From: a candidate division WWE3 bacterium
GTDB lineage: Bacteria > Patescibacteriota > WWE3 > JAPLWK01
Direction: 5' to 3'
DNA length: 64,000 nt
Assembly: GCA_026396615.1 (NCBI GenBank)
Contig: JAPLWK010000010.1
Coordinates: 48,348 to 112,347, forward strand
Shown here: one piece after another, positions 56,750 through 64,000 of the stretch
How positions within the stretch are numbered: the stretch's first letter is position 1
Layout: each line of letters starts with the position of its first letter
Translations under genes and position numbers: made by a program
The notes under the pieces: model-generated
What the model saw: the letters and a program-made list of their open reading frames with translations, nothing else
What the model was told of the DNA's origin: nothing
Database searches by the model: none

Positions 56750-57697
56750 GTGAAAATATCTGTCGTAGTTCCTACATTTAATAACGCTCAGATCTTGGCC
56801 AGGTCGCTGGTTCGTTTATTTAACCAAACTTTACCCAAAGAAGATTTTGAAATAATTTTAGTGAATGATTATTCTACGGATGAAACTAGTAGCGTTGTAG
56901 ATAAAATTGTTAGTGATTACAAAATTAATAATATTAAAATAATTAATTTGCCTAGAAATAGTGGGCCATCGGTTGCCCGTAACGAAGGCATTAAGGAGGC
57001 TGCAGCGCCGATCATCGTTATGACTCAAGATGATATGTTAGTGCAACCGGATTTTTTGGAGCAACACTTAAAATTTCATCAGTTGCATCCCAAAAATGAA
57101 GAAGCAGTGGTGGGGTTAATCGAATTTGATAAAAGTTTAAAATTAACGCCATTTATGAAGTGGTGGGAAAATGGACACCAGTTTAAATTTCCTAAAGTTT
57201 CCCGTGATGTTAAATACTTACGACTAAAATCGCGACCATACCTTAATTTTTACCCTGGTAATTTGTCGCTAAAAAAAGAATTTTTGGTCGAAAAAGAAGG
57301 TTGGTTTGATAGTGAGTTTTTTCTGGACGGAGCAATTGGTTATGAAGACACGGAACTGGGGTATCGCTTGTGGAAGCAAGGTTTAAAACTTTTCTACGCC
57401 CCGGACATCGTTGTCTCGCATCACCACATAAAAACCTTCGCTAGTATTTGTAAATTAAGTTATTACAAAGGTAAACTCTTACATATTTTATACCGAAAGC
57501 AACCCGATTTTAAGCGGATCTTTGGTCAGACCTTAAAGCTGCTCATCAGCCGTATTTTCGTAGGTCGAGTTTCTATTACAATACTTGAACCCGTGGCTAA
57601 AATATCAGAAAAACATTTTAAAGTTGGTTTAATATATTGGCTAGTGCTGCGTTACTATTTTAATCAGGGATATGAAAATTTACTCAAAAATCCTTAG
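56750..57697 (+). CDS. Glycosyltransferase family 2
   Basis: VVVPTFNN, ILVNDYSTDET and TQDDM (DxD) motifs. Confidence 0.7.
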   Translation: MKISVVVPTFNNAQILARSLVRLFNQTLPKEDFEIILVNDYSTDETSSVVDKIVSDYKINNIKIINLPRNSGPSVARNEGIKEAAAPIIVMTQDDMLVQPDFLEQHLKFHQLHPKNEEAVVGLIEFDKSLKLTPFMKWWENGHQFKFPKVSRDVKYLRLKSRPYLNFYPGNLSLKKEFLVEKEGWFDSEFFLDGAIGYEDTELGYRLWKQGLKLFYAPDIVVSHHHIKTFASICKLSYYKGKLLHILYRKQPDFKRIFGQTLKLLISRIFVGRVSITILEPVAKISEKHFKVGLIYWLVLRYYFNQGYENLLKNP

Positions 57698-58982
57698 AAT
57701 TTTACTTTTCTTAGTAGTCTTCACGGTTCCTTTGGGGCAATTGGGAAAGTTGCCTTTTGTAGATCCAACAATCGGGTTATATTTTTCTGATTTATTTTTA
57801 GGACTGTTTATCATCGTTACGGCTTTCTTTCTTTTAGTCGTTGACCGACGCCTCAAGATTAATTTACCGATTATTTTAGCTTTCATTTTTGCTGGTTGGG
57901 CATTGGTTACCTTGCTACTTGGCGGGCAGGGACTGCCGGTGCCACAACTTTTGGTAAGTTTTTTTTACTGGGTGCGGCTAGTGGCGATTTTCCTATTTTT
58001 TTGGATTATTTACACTCTTAAGCAAACACACCCGGAAGTGATTAAAAATTTAGAGTGGTGGCTGATTGGTAGCGGAGTGTTACTCGCAGCTGCTGGATTT
58101 GTGCAGTTAATTGCCTTTCCAGATTTTGGTAAATTGCATCCAGCTTTGGGTTGGGACCCGCATTACTATCGATTGAATAGTACCTTCTTTGATCCGAACT
58201 TCACTGGTGGATACCTAGTACTGTGTGTTTCCCTATTGCTGCGAGTAGTAAACAAATTTCGAGAGGAAAAGAACAAACAACAGATAACAAAGAACGCTCA
58301 GCTTCGCTTCGCTATCAATTTTCGTGGCGGAAATTGTAACAAGTCGATTGCTGTTTGTTATTTGTTATTTGTTATTTTATTAATCGCCATCTTTCTCACT
58401 TTCTCCCGTAGCGCGTGGTTGATGCTGGCGATTTTAGTTTTTATTTACGGAGCGTTTAAGGTGCGTTGGCTTCTCTTCGTGGCCTTAGTTATCATATTTG
58501 GGGCGTACTTCGCTGTCCCTCGGGTTCAAACGAGGCTTGCGGGTATTACCGATCCGGCGGATTCGGCTAGCTTTCGCCTACAATCGTGGCAACAGGGTTT
58601 ACAGTTGTCCTCTAAGAATTTAATCACCGGAGTTGGCTTTAATACGCTGCGTTACGCCAAAGACGCCTCGGAGTTTTATGATTACCGGGAAGCGGCCGGT
58701 GTCCATAGCGGGGCAGGGTTTGATTCAAGTATTCTGGTGGTTTTAGCTACGACTGGAATTCCGGGGCTGTTGCTGTTCCTGGGTTTTTTGGGATCGTGTT
58801 TGATAGGTATGATAAGTAGAATAGGTAAAATAGGTACGATAGGTGCGGAAAGTTTTTTAGTTAATCTATCGGTAATCGGAGCACTGCTGGCTTTGCTAAT
58901 AGAATCTAATTTTGTGAATTCGTTGTTTTATGCGCCGATTATGGTTTTGGAATTTGCTATCTTAGGGCTTTGCGTAGACTAG
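57672..58982 (+). CDS. O-antigen ligase / Wzy-like polymerase family membrane protein
   Basis: About 10 TM. Periplasmic-loop region with FSRSAWLMLAIL and ...GVGFNTLRY...GVHSGAGFDS resembling the Wzy_C / O-antigen ligase domain. Confidence 0.55.
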   Translation: MKIYSKILRILLFLVVFTVPLGQLGKLPFVDPTIGLYFSDLFLGLFIIVTAFFLLVVDRRLKINLPIILAFIFAGWALVTLLLGGQGLPVPQLLVSFFYWVRLVAIFLFFWIIYTLKQTHPEVIKNLEWWLIGSGVLLAAAGFVQLIAFPDFGKLHPALGWDPHYYRLNSTFFDPNFTGGYLVLCVSLLLRVVNKFREEKNKQQITKNAQLRFAINFRGGNCNKSIAVCYLLFVILLIAIFLTFSRSAWLMLAILVFIYGAFKVRWLLFVALVIIFGAYFAVPRVQTRLAGITDPADSASFRLQSWQQGLQLSSKNLITGVGFNTLRYAKDASEFYDYREAAGVHSGAGFDSSILVVLATTGIPGLLLFLGFLGSCLIGMISRIGKIGTIGAESFLVNLSVIGALLALLIESNFVNSLFYAPIMVLEFAILGLCVD

Positions 58983-59711
58983 TTTTCGATCAATAATTAC
59001 CTCATTACCGGCTTTATCAACAGCTTTAAATTTAAAGAAATTGTCGCCTTCTTTAAGATTTAAAACAATTGAGAATTTTTTGTCGGCGTCTAAACCGGCT
59101 TGATGGTCGTTGACGTAAACGGTTGCATCCTCGTCAACCGAGCCTTCAGCGGTGTAAAAAGGACTGGGATCAGTAAATTTTTCGCCATCTTTGGGTTTAT
59201 CGATAGTTAACTTGGGAGCGGTTTCGTCAAAAGTCACGGTGTACGATTTAGAAGGACTGCTTTCTTGTTCTTTGCTGTTTTTCACTTTTGCGTATAAAGT
59301 TATGCTGCCAGTGGGGAATTTAATATCTGAAAATAAAAAGTTGCCGCTGCTATCTACTATTGTATCTCCGGACTTCATTTCATTTATATATAATGTGGCT
59401 TTTAAACCGGGATCGCTATAACCTTTAATATTAAAAGATTTTTTGTTTATAAATTCTGGTACATCCGCTAAAGTAGGAGGGGAAGGCAAAGCGTTAAAAC
59501 TGCTACTGGCTGTCGCTTCTTTACCGTTTTGACCTCGTAAAAATCCCCAAAAATTATTAATGTTGGCGGTGGCAATAAAAAACCAGAAGTAAAATAGCCC
59601 AATTAAAAAGACAATGCCACTAAGCATGAGAAAAAGCCTACCTGTTAGCTTTTTATCTTCCATACTCATTTTTGATCTGGATCTGGGGACTACTCGATAA
59701 GAAATCGACAT
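58962..59711 (-). CDS. Hypothetical membrane-anchored protein with a beta-rich (Ig-like?) extracytoplasmic domain
   Basis: N-terminal TM (LFLMLSGIVFLIGLFYFWFFIA) then a soluble domain. No confident family assignment. Confidence 0.4.
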   Translation of the reverse strand: MSISYRVVPRSRSKMSMEDKKLTGRLFLMLSGIVFLIGLFYFWFFIATANINNFWGFLRGQNGKEATASSSFNALPSPPTLADVPEFINKKSFNIKGYSDPGLKATLYINEMKSGDTIVDSSGNFLFSDIKFPTGSITLYAKVKNSKEQESSPSKSYTVTFDETAPKLTIDKPKDGEKFTDPSPFYTAEGSVDEDATVYVNDHQAGLDADKKFSIVLNLKEGDNFFKFKAVDKAGNEVIIDRKLVYAKP

Positions 59712-59756
59712 AAAGCCATTATATTGTGGATTAAATTGAAGTTGATGTCAAAAACT

Positions 59757-59830
59757 TGGAGCGGGTAACGGGAGTCGGACCCGTCTCTCGTCCTTGGGAA
59801 GGACGCATCTTACCGATGGACGATACCCGC
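59757..59830 (-). tRNA. tRNA-Gly (anticodon CCC), with an unusual TCCGACT T-loop (C at position 55)
   Basis: Manual fold of the reverse complement GCGGGTATCGTCCATCGGTAAGATGCGTCCTTCCCAAGGACGAGAGACGGGTCCGACTCCCGTTACCCGCTCCA. 7-bp acceptor, 3-bp D stem, perfect anticodon and T stems, encoded CCA. Confidence 0.6.
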
Positions 59831-59898
59831 CTACGCGCGGCGCTTCCAACTTCGCTAAAGCTTCGTCGGACAAGTCGGCGGGCAAGCCCGCTATCGAG

Positions 59899-60411
59899 TT
59901 ATGGAAGCGTCAATACTTGTCCTGGATAGATTAAAGGCTTGCCGAGATCGTTATAGGTAATGTTGTTGGCAATCGCGATTTTCTGCCAATCAAAACCAGA
60001 ACCATATCGTCCCTGGGAAAGTTCCCAAAGCGTGTCTCCAGATTGAACTGTATAAGTATCACCTGAAATGGAGCCGATATCATGAGATAGAGCAACCCAA
60101 TCACTTGTAGAAGCAGACAATGGTTGTGAGGTGCTTGGTTCAGTCGCAATCGCTGGAGTTGGAGTAGTCACATCTGAAGGAGCTGGTTGTAATTCGGCTT
60201 GACTGGCTTCTGGTGTGCTAGCGGATTGGACTTCCGGAGTATTTTCGCCTGAAGTAGTACTTACTTGAGTTGGAGTACTAGGTTTGGCAAAAAAGTTATA
60301 GAGTAAAAATCCGGCGATGATGACTAGAATTCCAGCGGCCACGGTTGCCACCGCGGCTTTTGTTGGCTTTATTTCGAATTCTAGATCGTCTTTTTCGTTA
60401 GTATTGTCCAT
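59899..60411 (-). CDS. LysM-domain protein, membrane anchored, with a Ser/Thr/Pro-rich linker
   Basis: C-terminal YTVQSGDTLWELSQGRYGSGFDWQKIAIANNI...YPGQVLTLP is a LysM repeat. Start taken at MDNT to avoid overlap with tRNA-Asp. Confidence 0.7.
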   Translation of the reverse strand: MDNTNEKDDLEFEIKPTKAAVATVAAGILVIIAGFLLYNFFAKPSTPTQVSTTSGENTPEVQSASTPEASQAELQPAPSDVTTPTPAIATEPSTSQPLSASTSDWVALSHDIGSISGDTYTVQSGDTLWELSQGRYGSGFDWQKIAIANNITYNDLGKPLIYPGQVLTLP

Positions 60412-60421
60412 AAATTTCAAA

Positions 60422-60498
60422 TGGCGGAACCGACGGGACTCGGACCCGCGACCTCTTCCGTGACAGGGAAGCGCTCTAACCAACTGAGCTACGGTTCC
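60422..60498 (-). tRNA. tRNA-Asp (anticodon GTC), T-loop TCCGAGT
   Basis: Manual fold of GGAACCGTAGCTCAGTTGGTTAGAGCGCTTCCCTGTCACGGAAGAGGTCGCGGGTCCGAGTCCCGTCGGTTCCGCCA. Canonical cloverleaf, encoded CCA. Confidence 0.8.
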
Positions 60499-60568
60499 AC
60501 GATTTCAACTGAGGTCATAATACTAGCTTATAATGCAGCTGACAATACTTTAAAAAAGTCTAAAATAT

Positions 60569-60655
60569 TGAACTCACATTATGAAAGTGCACTAAGGTAG
60601 TGAGTTCATATAAATGTCACATAGAATCTTAGTGTATTATCAGAATGTGACATTT
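60569..60655. promoter_or_regulatory. Two inverted repeats upstream of polX: TGAACTCAC-N22-GTGAGTTCA (60569..60608) and AAATGTCACAT-N22-ATGTGACATTT (60612..60655)
   Basis: Perfect 9-bp and 11-bp arms read directly. The second ends 9 nt before the polX ATG. Confidence 0.25.
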
Positions 60656-60663
60656 ACAGATAT

Positions 60664-62505
60664 ATGACGTCAAATTCCAATCTTCCAAAATTCGATAACT
60701 CCTCAGTCGCAAATCTTCTTAGTAACATTGCAGCTGCCCTTATTGTTTTAAAGGAGGATAAGTTTCGGATTCGGGCTTATGAAAATGCAGCGGAGGCGAT
60801 CGTTAAATCAAGTTCGGAGGTCAAGGATCTTTGGGAAGAGGGGAATTTAACGGCGATTCCCGGTGTTGGTAAAGGCATTGCTGGGGCACTGGACGAGTAT
60901 TTTAAAACTGGAAAAGTAAATGATTTTGAAAAAGTTTTAAGTAAGATGCCAGAGGGAATGTTTGAAATCTTGGGACTGCCGGAAATCGGGCCGGCGACGG
61001 CGTACAAGCTAGCCAAAGAACTCCATATCAAGTCTGTGGAAGATTTAAAAGAGGCGGCAGAGGCGCATAAAATTGCCGAGTTACCGGGATTTGGCCTGGA
61101 ATCAGAAAAAGATATTTTAAAGGCTTTGGAGACGCCGGTTGCCGAGATTTCGCATCGGTACTTATTTCCAGAAGCCGAAGCGATCGCATACAGCTATATA
61201 GATTATTTAAAGACTTGTAAGAGTGTTATCAAAGTTGATCCTTTAGGATCGTTGCGGCGGCGCTCGTCGACCGTTGGTGATATTGATATTTCAGTGGCCA
61301 CTGATAATCCTAAAGAAGTTATTTCTTTTTTCAAAAATTATAACCTGGTCAAAGAGGTCGTGAGTTCTGGCGATGTTAAGTGTACGGTCGTTCTAAAGAC
61401 TAGAGAGCAAGTGGATTTAATGACTCAAAAACCACAGGCTTACGGGTCATTGTTGCAACACTTTACAGGGAGTCAGGCGCATAATGTGGCTCTGCGGACG
61501 TTCGCGAAGGACAAAGGCTGGTCCTTGTCTGAGAATGGCATCAAGAAACAGGGAACAAACCCTTCGACAAGCTCAGGGCAGGTAACAGTGGAAGTGGATA
61601 CCGAGGAGAAATTTTATAAAGAGCTGGGAATGGATTTTATTGTGCCGGAGCTCCGGGAAAATCGGGGCGAAATCGAGGCGGCGCTTAGTCGTAAACTGCC
61701 AAAATTGGTTGAGCTGGTCGACATTAAAGGCGATTTGCATAATCATACGAACTTCATCGAGGGCGAAAATACTTTAGAAGAAATGATTATTAAAGCGAAG
61801 TCGCTTGGTTATAATTATTACGCCTATTGTGATCACGCACCGAGTATCGAAAATAGAGGACTTGATGAGATTACGAAGATTATAGAGGAGAGAAGAGGAA
61901 AAGTGGACGGTTTTAATGCTAAATCTACTAACTTTAAATTGTTTTCGGGACTGGAAATTAATATCACGGCCAAAGCGGAAATGGCATATCCGAATGAACT
62001 CATGTCAAAATTAGATTACGTAATTGCATCGATTCACACTAATTTGACAGCCTCTAAAGAGGAACAAACGAAGCGCTTAATGGCAGCAATTAAAAATCCC
62101 TATGTTTCTATAATTGGGCACCCGACCGGTCGTCTAATTAACGAACGATCTTCGTATGAAGTAAACTGGACAGAAGTCTTTAAATTAGCGGCCACGACTG
62201 GTACAATTATGGAGATCAACGCTCATCCCAGGCGTTTGGATTTGCCGGATGATCTGGTTAAAATGGCGTTATCATACGGGGTTAAGTTTATAATCAGTAG
62301 CGATGCTCATAATGTGACCGGTCAAGATATAATGCATTACGGCATTGATGTGGCGAGGCGAGGTTGGTTGCAGGCTTCCGACGTAGTGAATACTTTGAGT
62401 TACGAAAAACTTGGTGATTATTTGAAAGAGATTCGTAAACGGAAAGCCCATTCGACGGGCTCAGGGCTAGTCTTTCGACAAGCTCAAGACAAGGAGGTGA
62501 ATTAA
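60664..62505 (+). CDS. polX: Family X DNA polymerase with a C-terminal PHP (histidinol-phosphatase-type) domain
   Basis: HhH motifs (GVGKGIAGAL, GIGPATAYKLA), Pol-beta-like nucleotidyltransferase GSLRRRSSTVGDIDISV, PHP His motifs (HNHTNF ... CDHAP ... HPT). Confidence 0.85.
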   Translation: MTSNSNLPKFDNSSVANLLSNIAAALIVLKEDKFRIRAYENAAEAIVKSSSEVKDLWEEGNLTAIPGVGKGIAGALDEYFKTGKVNDFEKVLSKMPEGMFEILGLPEIGPATAYKLAKELHIKSVEDLKEAAEAHKIAELPGFGLESEKDILKALETPVAEISHRYLFPEAEAIAYSYIDYLKTCKSVIKVDPLGSLRRRSSTVGDIDISVATDNPKEVISFFKNYNLVKEVVSSGDVKCTVVLKTREQVDLMTQKPQAYGSLLQHFTGSQAHNVALRTFAKDKGWSLSENGIKKQGTNPSTSSGQVTVEVDTEEKFYKELGMDFIVPELRENRGEIEAALSRKLPKLVELVDIKGDLHNHTNFIEGENTLEEMIIKAKSLGYNYYAYCDHAPSIENRGLDEITKIIEERRGKVDGFNAKSTNFKLFSGLEINITAKAEMAYPNELMSKLDYVIASIHTNLTASKEEQTKRLMAAIKNPYVSIIGHPTGRLINERSSYEVNWTEVFKLAATTGTIMEINAHPRRLDLPDDLVKMALSYGVKFIISSDAHNVTGQDIMHYGIDVARRGWLQASDVVNTLSYEKLGDYLKEIRKRKAHSTGSGLVFRQAQDKEVN

Positions 62506-62509
62506 TTTT

Positions 62510-63061
62510 ATGTCTTTACCAATAATTTTAATCGGACTTTTAGTAATTGTTGGATTATATTTACTATCACTTTACAACGGTTTAGTCAGTTCTAAACTTG
62601 GGGTTGATGAGTCCTGGAGTGGGATTGACGTGCAGCTAAAGCGAAGGTCCTCTTTAATTCCAAATCTAGTCGAGACTGTTAAGGGTTACGCGGCTCACGA
62701 ATCGGGAGTGTTTGAGAAGGTTACGGAAGCAAGATCAGCTTTAATGTCGGCGACAACGCCAAACGATGCCGCAGTTGCTAATAACCAACTGACTGGAGCC
62801 TTAAAGTCGTTATTCGCAGTCGCTGAAGCTTACCCCGAACTAAAAGCCAATGCTAACTTTCAGCAGTTGCAGAATGATTTAAATGATACTGAGGATAAAG
62901 TGGCGTATAGCCGGCAGTTTTATAACAGTAACGTGATGAATTTTAATACTAAGATCAAAGTGTTTCCAGCGGTGCTTATTGCCGGGTCAATGGGATTTAA
63001 AGAGTACGCGTTTTTTAAGGCTGACGATTCTGAGAAGGCTGATATTGCGGTAAAGTTTTAG
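62510..63061 (+). CDS. lemA: LemA-family membrane protein
   Basis: N-terminal TM, then LYNGLVSSKLGVDESWSGIDVQLKRRSSLIPNLVETVKGYAAHE, typical LemA. Confidence 0.8.
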   Translation: MSLPIILIGLLVIVGLYLLSLYNGLVSSKLGVDESWSGIDVQLKRRSSLIPNLVETVKGYAAHESGVFEKVTEARSALMSATTPNDAAVANNQLTGALKSLFAVAEAYPELKANANFQQLQNDLNDTEDKVAYSRQFYNSNVMNFNTKIKVFPAVLIAGSMGFKEYAFFKADDSEKADIAVKF

Positions 63062-63064
63062 TTT

Positions 63065-63094
63065 CGTCATTCCGGCCCCGGAGCCGGAATCCAG
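63065..63094. repeat. Palindromic hairpin repeat, copy 1 (CGTCATTCCGGCCCCGGAGCCGGAATCCAG)
   Basis: Internal 7-8-bp stem ATTCCGG/CCGGAAT. Reverse-complementary to copy 2, 57 nt downstream. Confidence 0.5.
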
Positions 63095-63151
63095 TAAACG
63101 ATGGATCCAGTTGGTATTTGTGCTTTGATTTTTTTTGGTTTAAATCTGTTA

Positions 63152-63189
63152 CTGGATTCCGGGTCAAGCCCGGAATGACGTGTTTTTTT
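63152..63189 (+). repeat. Palindromic hairpin repeat, copy 2 (CTGGATTCCGGGTCAAGCCCGGAATGACG) followed by a T7 run; candidate terminator after lemA
   Basis: Stem ATTCCGGG/CCCGGAAT, loop TCAAG, then GACGTG TTTTTTT. Confidence 0.45.
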
Positions 63190-63191
63190 GT

Positions 63192-63485
63192 ATGTTGTCT
63201 GATATTAACGTCAAAAAAATTGCTAAACTAGCCAACCTCAACCTCACTGAGAGTGAGGTTGGTTTGTTTGTTCCACAGCTTTCCAAAGTTATAGATTATG
63301 TAGCTAAACTTTCGACCGTTGATACCAAAAACGTCACAGCGACTTTTAACGTTACGGGACTAGTTAACGTCTGGCGGGATGACGTTGTCACTGATTCACT
63401 GAGTCAAGAAGATGCCCTTAAAAATGCCAAACGGACTGAACGCGGTTATTTTGTGGTTGATCGAGTGGCGGCCGGGGAAGCTTAA
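63192..63485 (+). CDS. gatC: Asp-tRNA(Asn)/Glu-tRNA(Gln) amidotransferase subunit C
   Basis: [23 protein letters not shown]...VDTKNV pattern of GatC, followed 2 nt later by gatA. Confidence 0.85.
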   Translation: MLSDINVKKIAKLANLNLTESEVGLFVPQLSKVIDYVAKLSTVDTKNVTATFNVTGLVNVWRDDVVTDSLSQEDALKNAKRTERGYFVVDRVAAGEA

Positions 63486-63486
63486 T

Positions 63487-64000
63487 ATGAATGAACGTAT
63501 AGATAAAATAGACGCTAAAATTCACGCCTTTTTAACCACTGAAAATGTTCCTGATGCGGTCAAAACTGATTCAACAAAGCCACTGGCGGGAAAGACCATG
63601 GGTGTGAAGGGGGTTCTTTCGATGGCTGGGAAACCATCGTGGGCCTCATCAAAAGTTTTAGAAAATTATATGCCCGTTTATTCAGCAACTGTCGTTAAAA
63701 AGTTAGTTGAAGCCGGGGCGATTATTGCCGGGCAAACTAATTGTGATTCGTTTGCCGAAGGGGCGTCGACTGAAAACAGTGGCTTTGGGCCAACGCGAAA
63801 TCCTTGGGATTTATCACGAGTTCCCGGTGGCTCCAGCGGTGGTTCAGCGGCGGCCGTGGTCGCGGGTGAGGTCGATTTTGCCTTAGGGACTGATACTGGT
63901 GGCTCGATTCGTCAGCCAGCATCTTTTTGCAATGTGGTTGGCCTTAAAAATACTTACGGCCGCTGTTCTCGTTATGGGCTGATGGCCATGGGCTCGTCTT
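63487..64000 (+). CDS. gatA: Glu-tRNA(Gln) amidotransferase subunit A (amidase), N-terminal part; runs off the window
   Basis: ATG at 63487. Amidase signature [14 protein letters not shown]...[12 protein letters not shown]. Not in the ORF track because there is no in-window stop. Confidence 0.85.
   Translation, partial: MNERIDKIDAKIHAFLTTENVPDAVKTDSTKPLAGKTMGVKGVLSMAGKPSWASSKVLENYMPVYSATVVKKLVEAGAIIAGQTNCDSFAEGASTENSGFGPTRNPWDLSRVPGGSSGGSAAAVVAGEVDFALGTDTGGSIRQPASFCNVVGLKNTYGRCSRYGLMAMGSS

Noticed and set aside
58801-58850. Tandem GATAGGTA-like nucleotide repeat
   Set aside because: It lies in-frame inside the O-antigen-ligase-like CDS and encodes a low-complexity IG-x peptide. It is not a CRISPR or intergenic tandem repeat.
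59831-59910. tRNA-like structure downstream of tRNA-Gly: 7-bp outer stem CGCTTCC/GGAAGCG enclosing a GCGGG-CTTG-CCCGC hairpin
   Set aside because: No D or T arms and no CCA could be fitted. It overlaps the 3' end and stop of the LysM gene. More likely an mRNA 3' stem-loop than a tRNA or pseudo-tRNA.
1-64000. CRISPR arrays, transposases, integrases, phage genes, rRNA
   Set aside because: Scanned both strands. No direct-repeat or spacer periodicity, no DDE/tyrosine-recombinase-like ORFs, no rRNA-like conserved stretches.

Overview
The window is a low-GC (roughly 42%), gene-dense bacterial region. It reads like a small-genome, Gram-positive-like or CPR/Patescibacteria-like organism: TTG/GTG starts are frequent, adjacent genes often overlap by 4 nt (ATGA), and TGA, TAA and TAG are all used as stops. 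About 40 kb (1..40425, plus a second block at 52938..58982) is a very large cell-surface glycosylation island. It holds at least 17 polytopic membrane proteins with GT-C-fold features (ArnT/PMT-like, YfhO-like, DUF2079-like, GT87-like). Three of them are complete soluble DPM1-like GT2 polyprenyl-phosphate-sugar synthase paralogs, and a fourth is a 5'-truncated remnant. The island also contains at least 7 GT1/GT4 enzymes, two more GT2 enzymes, two Wzx-like flippases, an O-antigen-ligase-like protein, and a GT1 fused to a flippase-like (LPG_synthase_TM) domain. The rest is housekeeping: nrdD-nrdG, ileS (eukaryote-like type 2), rplU-rpmA, lepB, tgt, rsmG, a family X DNA polymerase, lemA, gatC-gatA and three minus-strand tRNAs (Val-CAC, Gly-CCC, Asp-GTC). 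Four loci are broken or odd. A YfhO-like gene carries an in-frame TGA. The nrdD glycyl-radical tail sits in the +1 frame behind an A6 run. A SAM methyltransferase is frameshifted. A DPM1-like paralog is 5'-truncated. I also see a small palindromic hairpin repeat family in three copies, and inverted repeats upstream of nrdD and of the polX gene. There is no CRISPR array, transposase, integrase or rRNA. My own coordinates for non-ORF features may be off by 1-2 nt.
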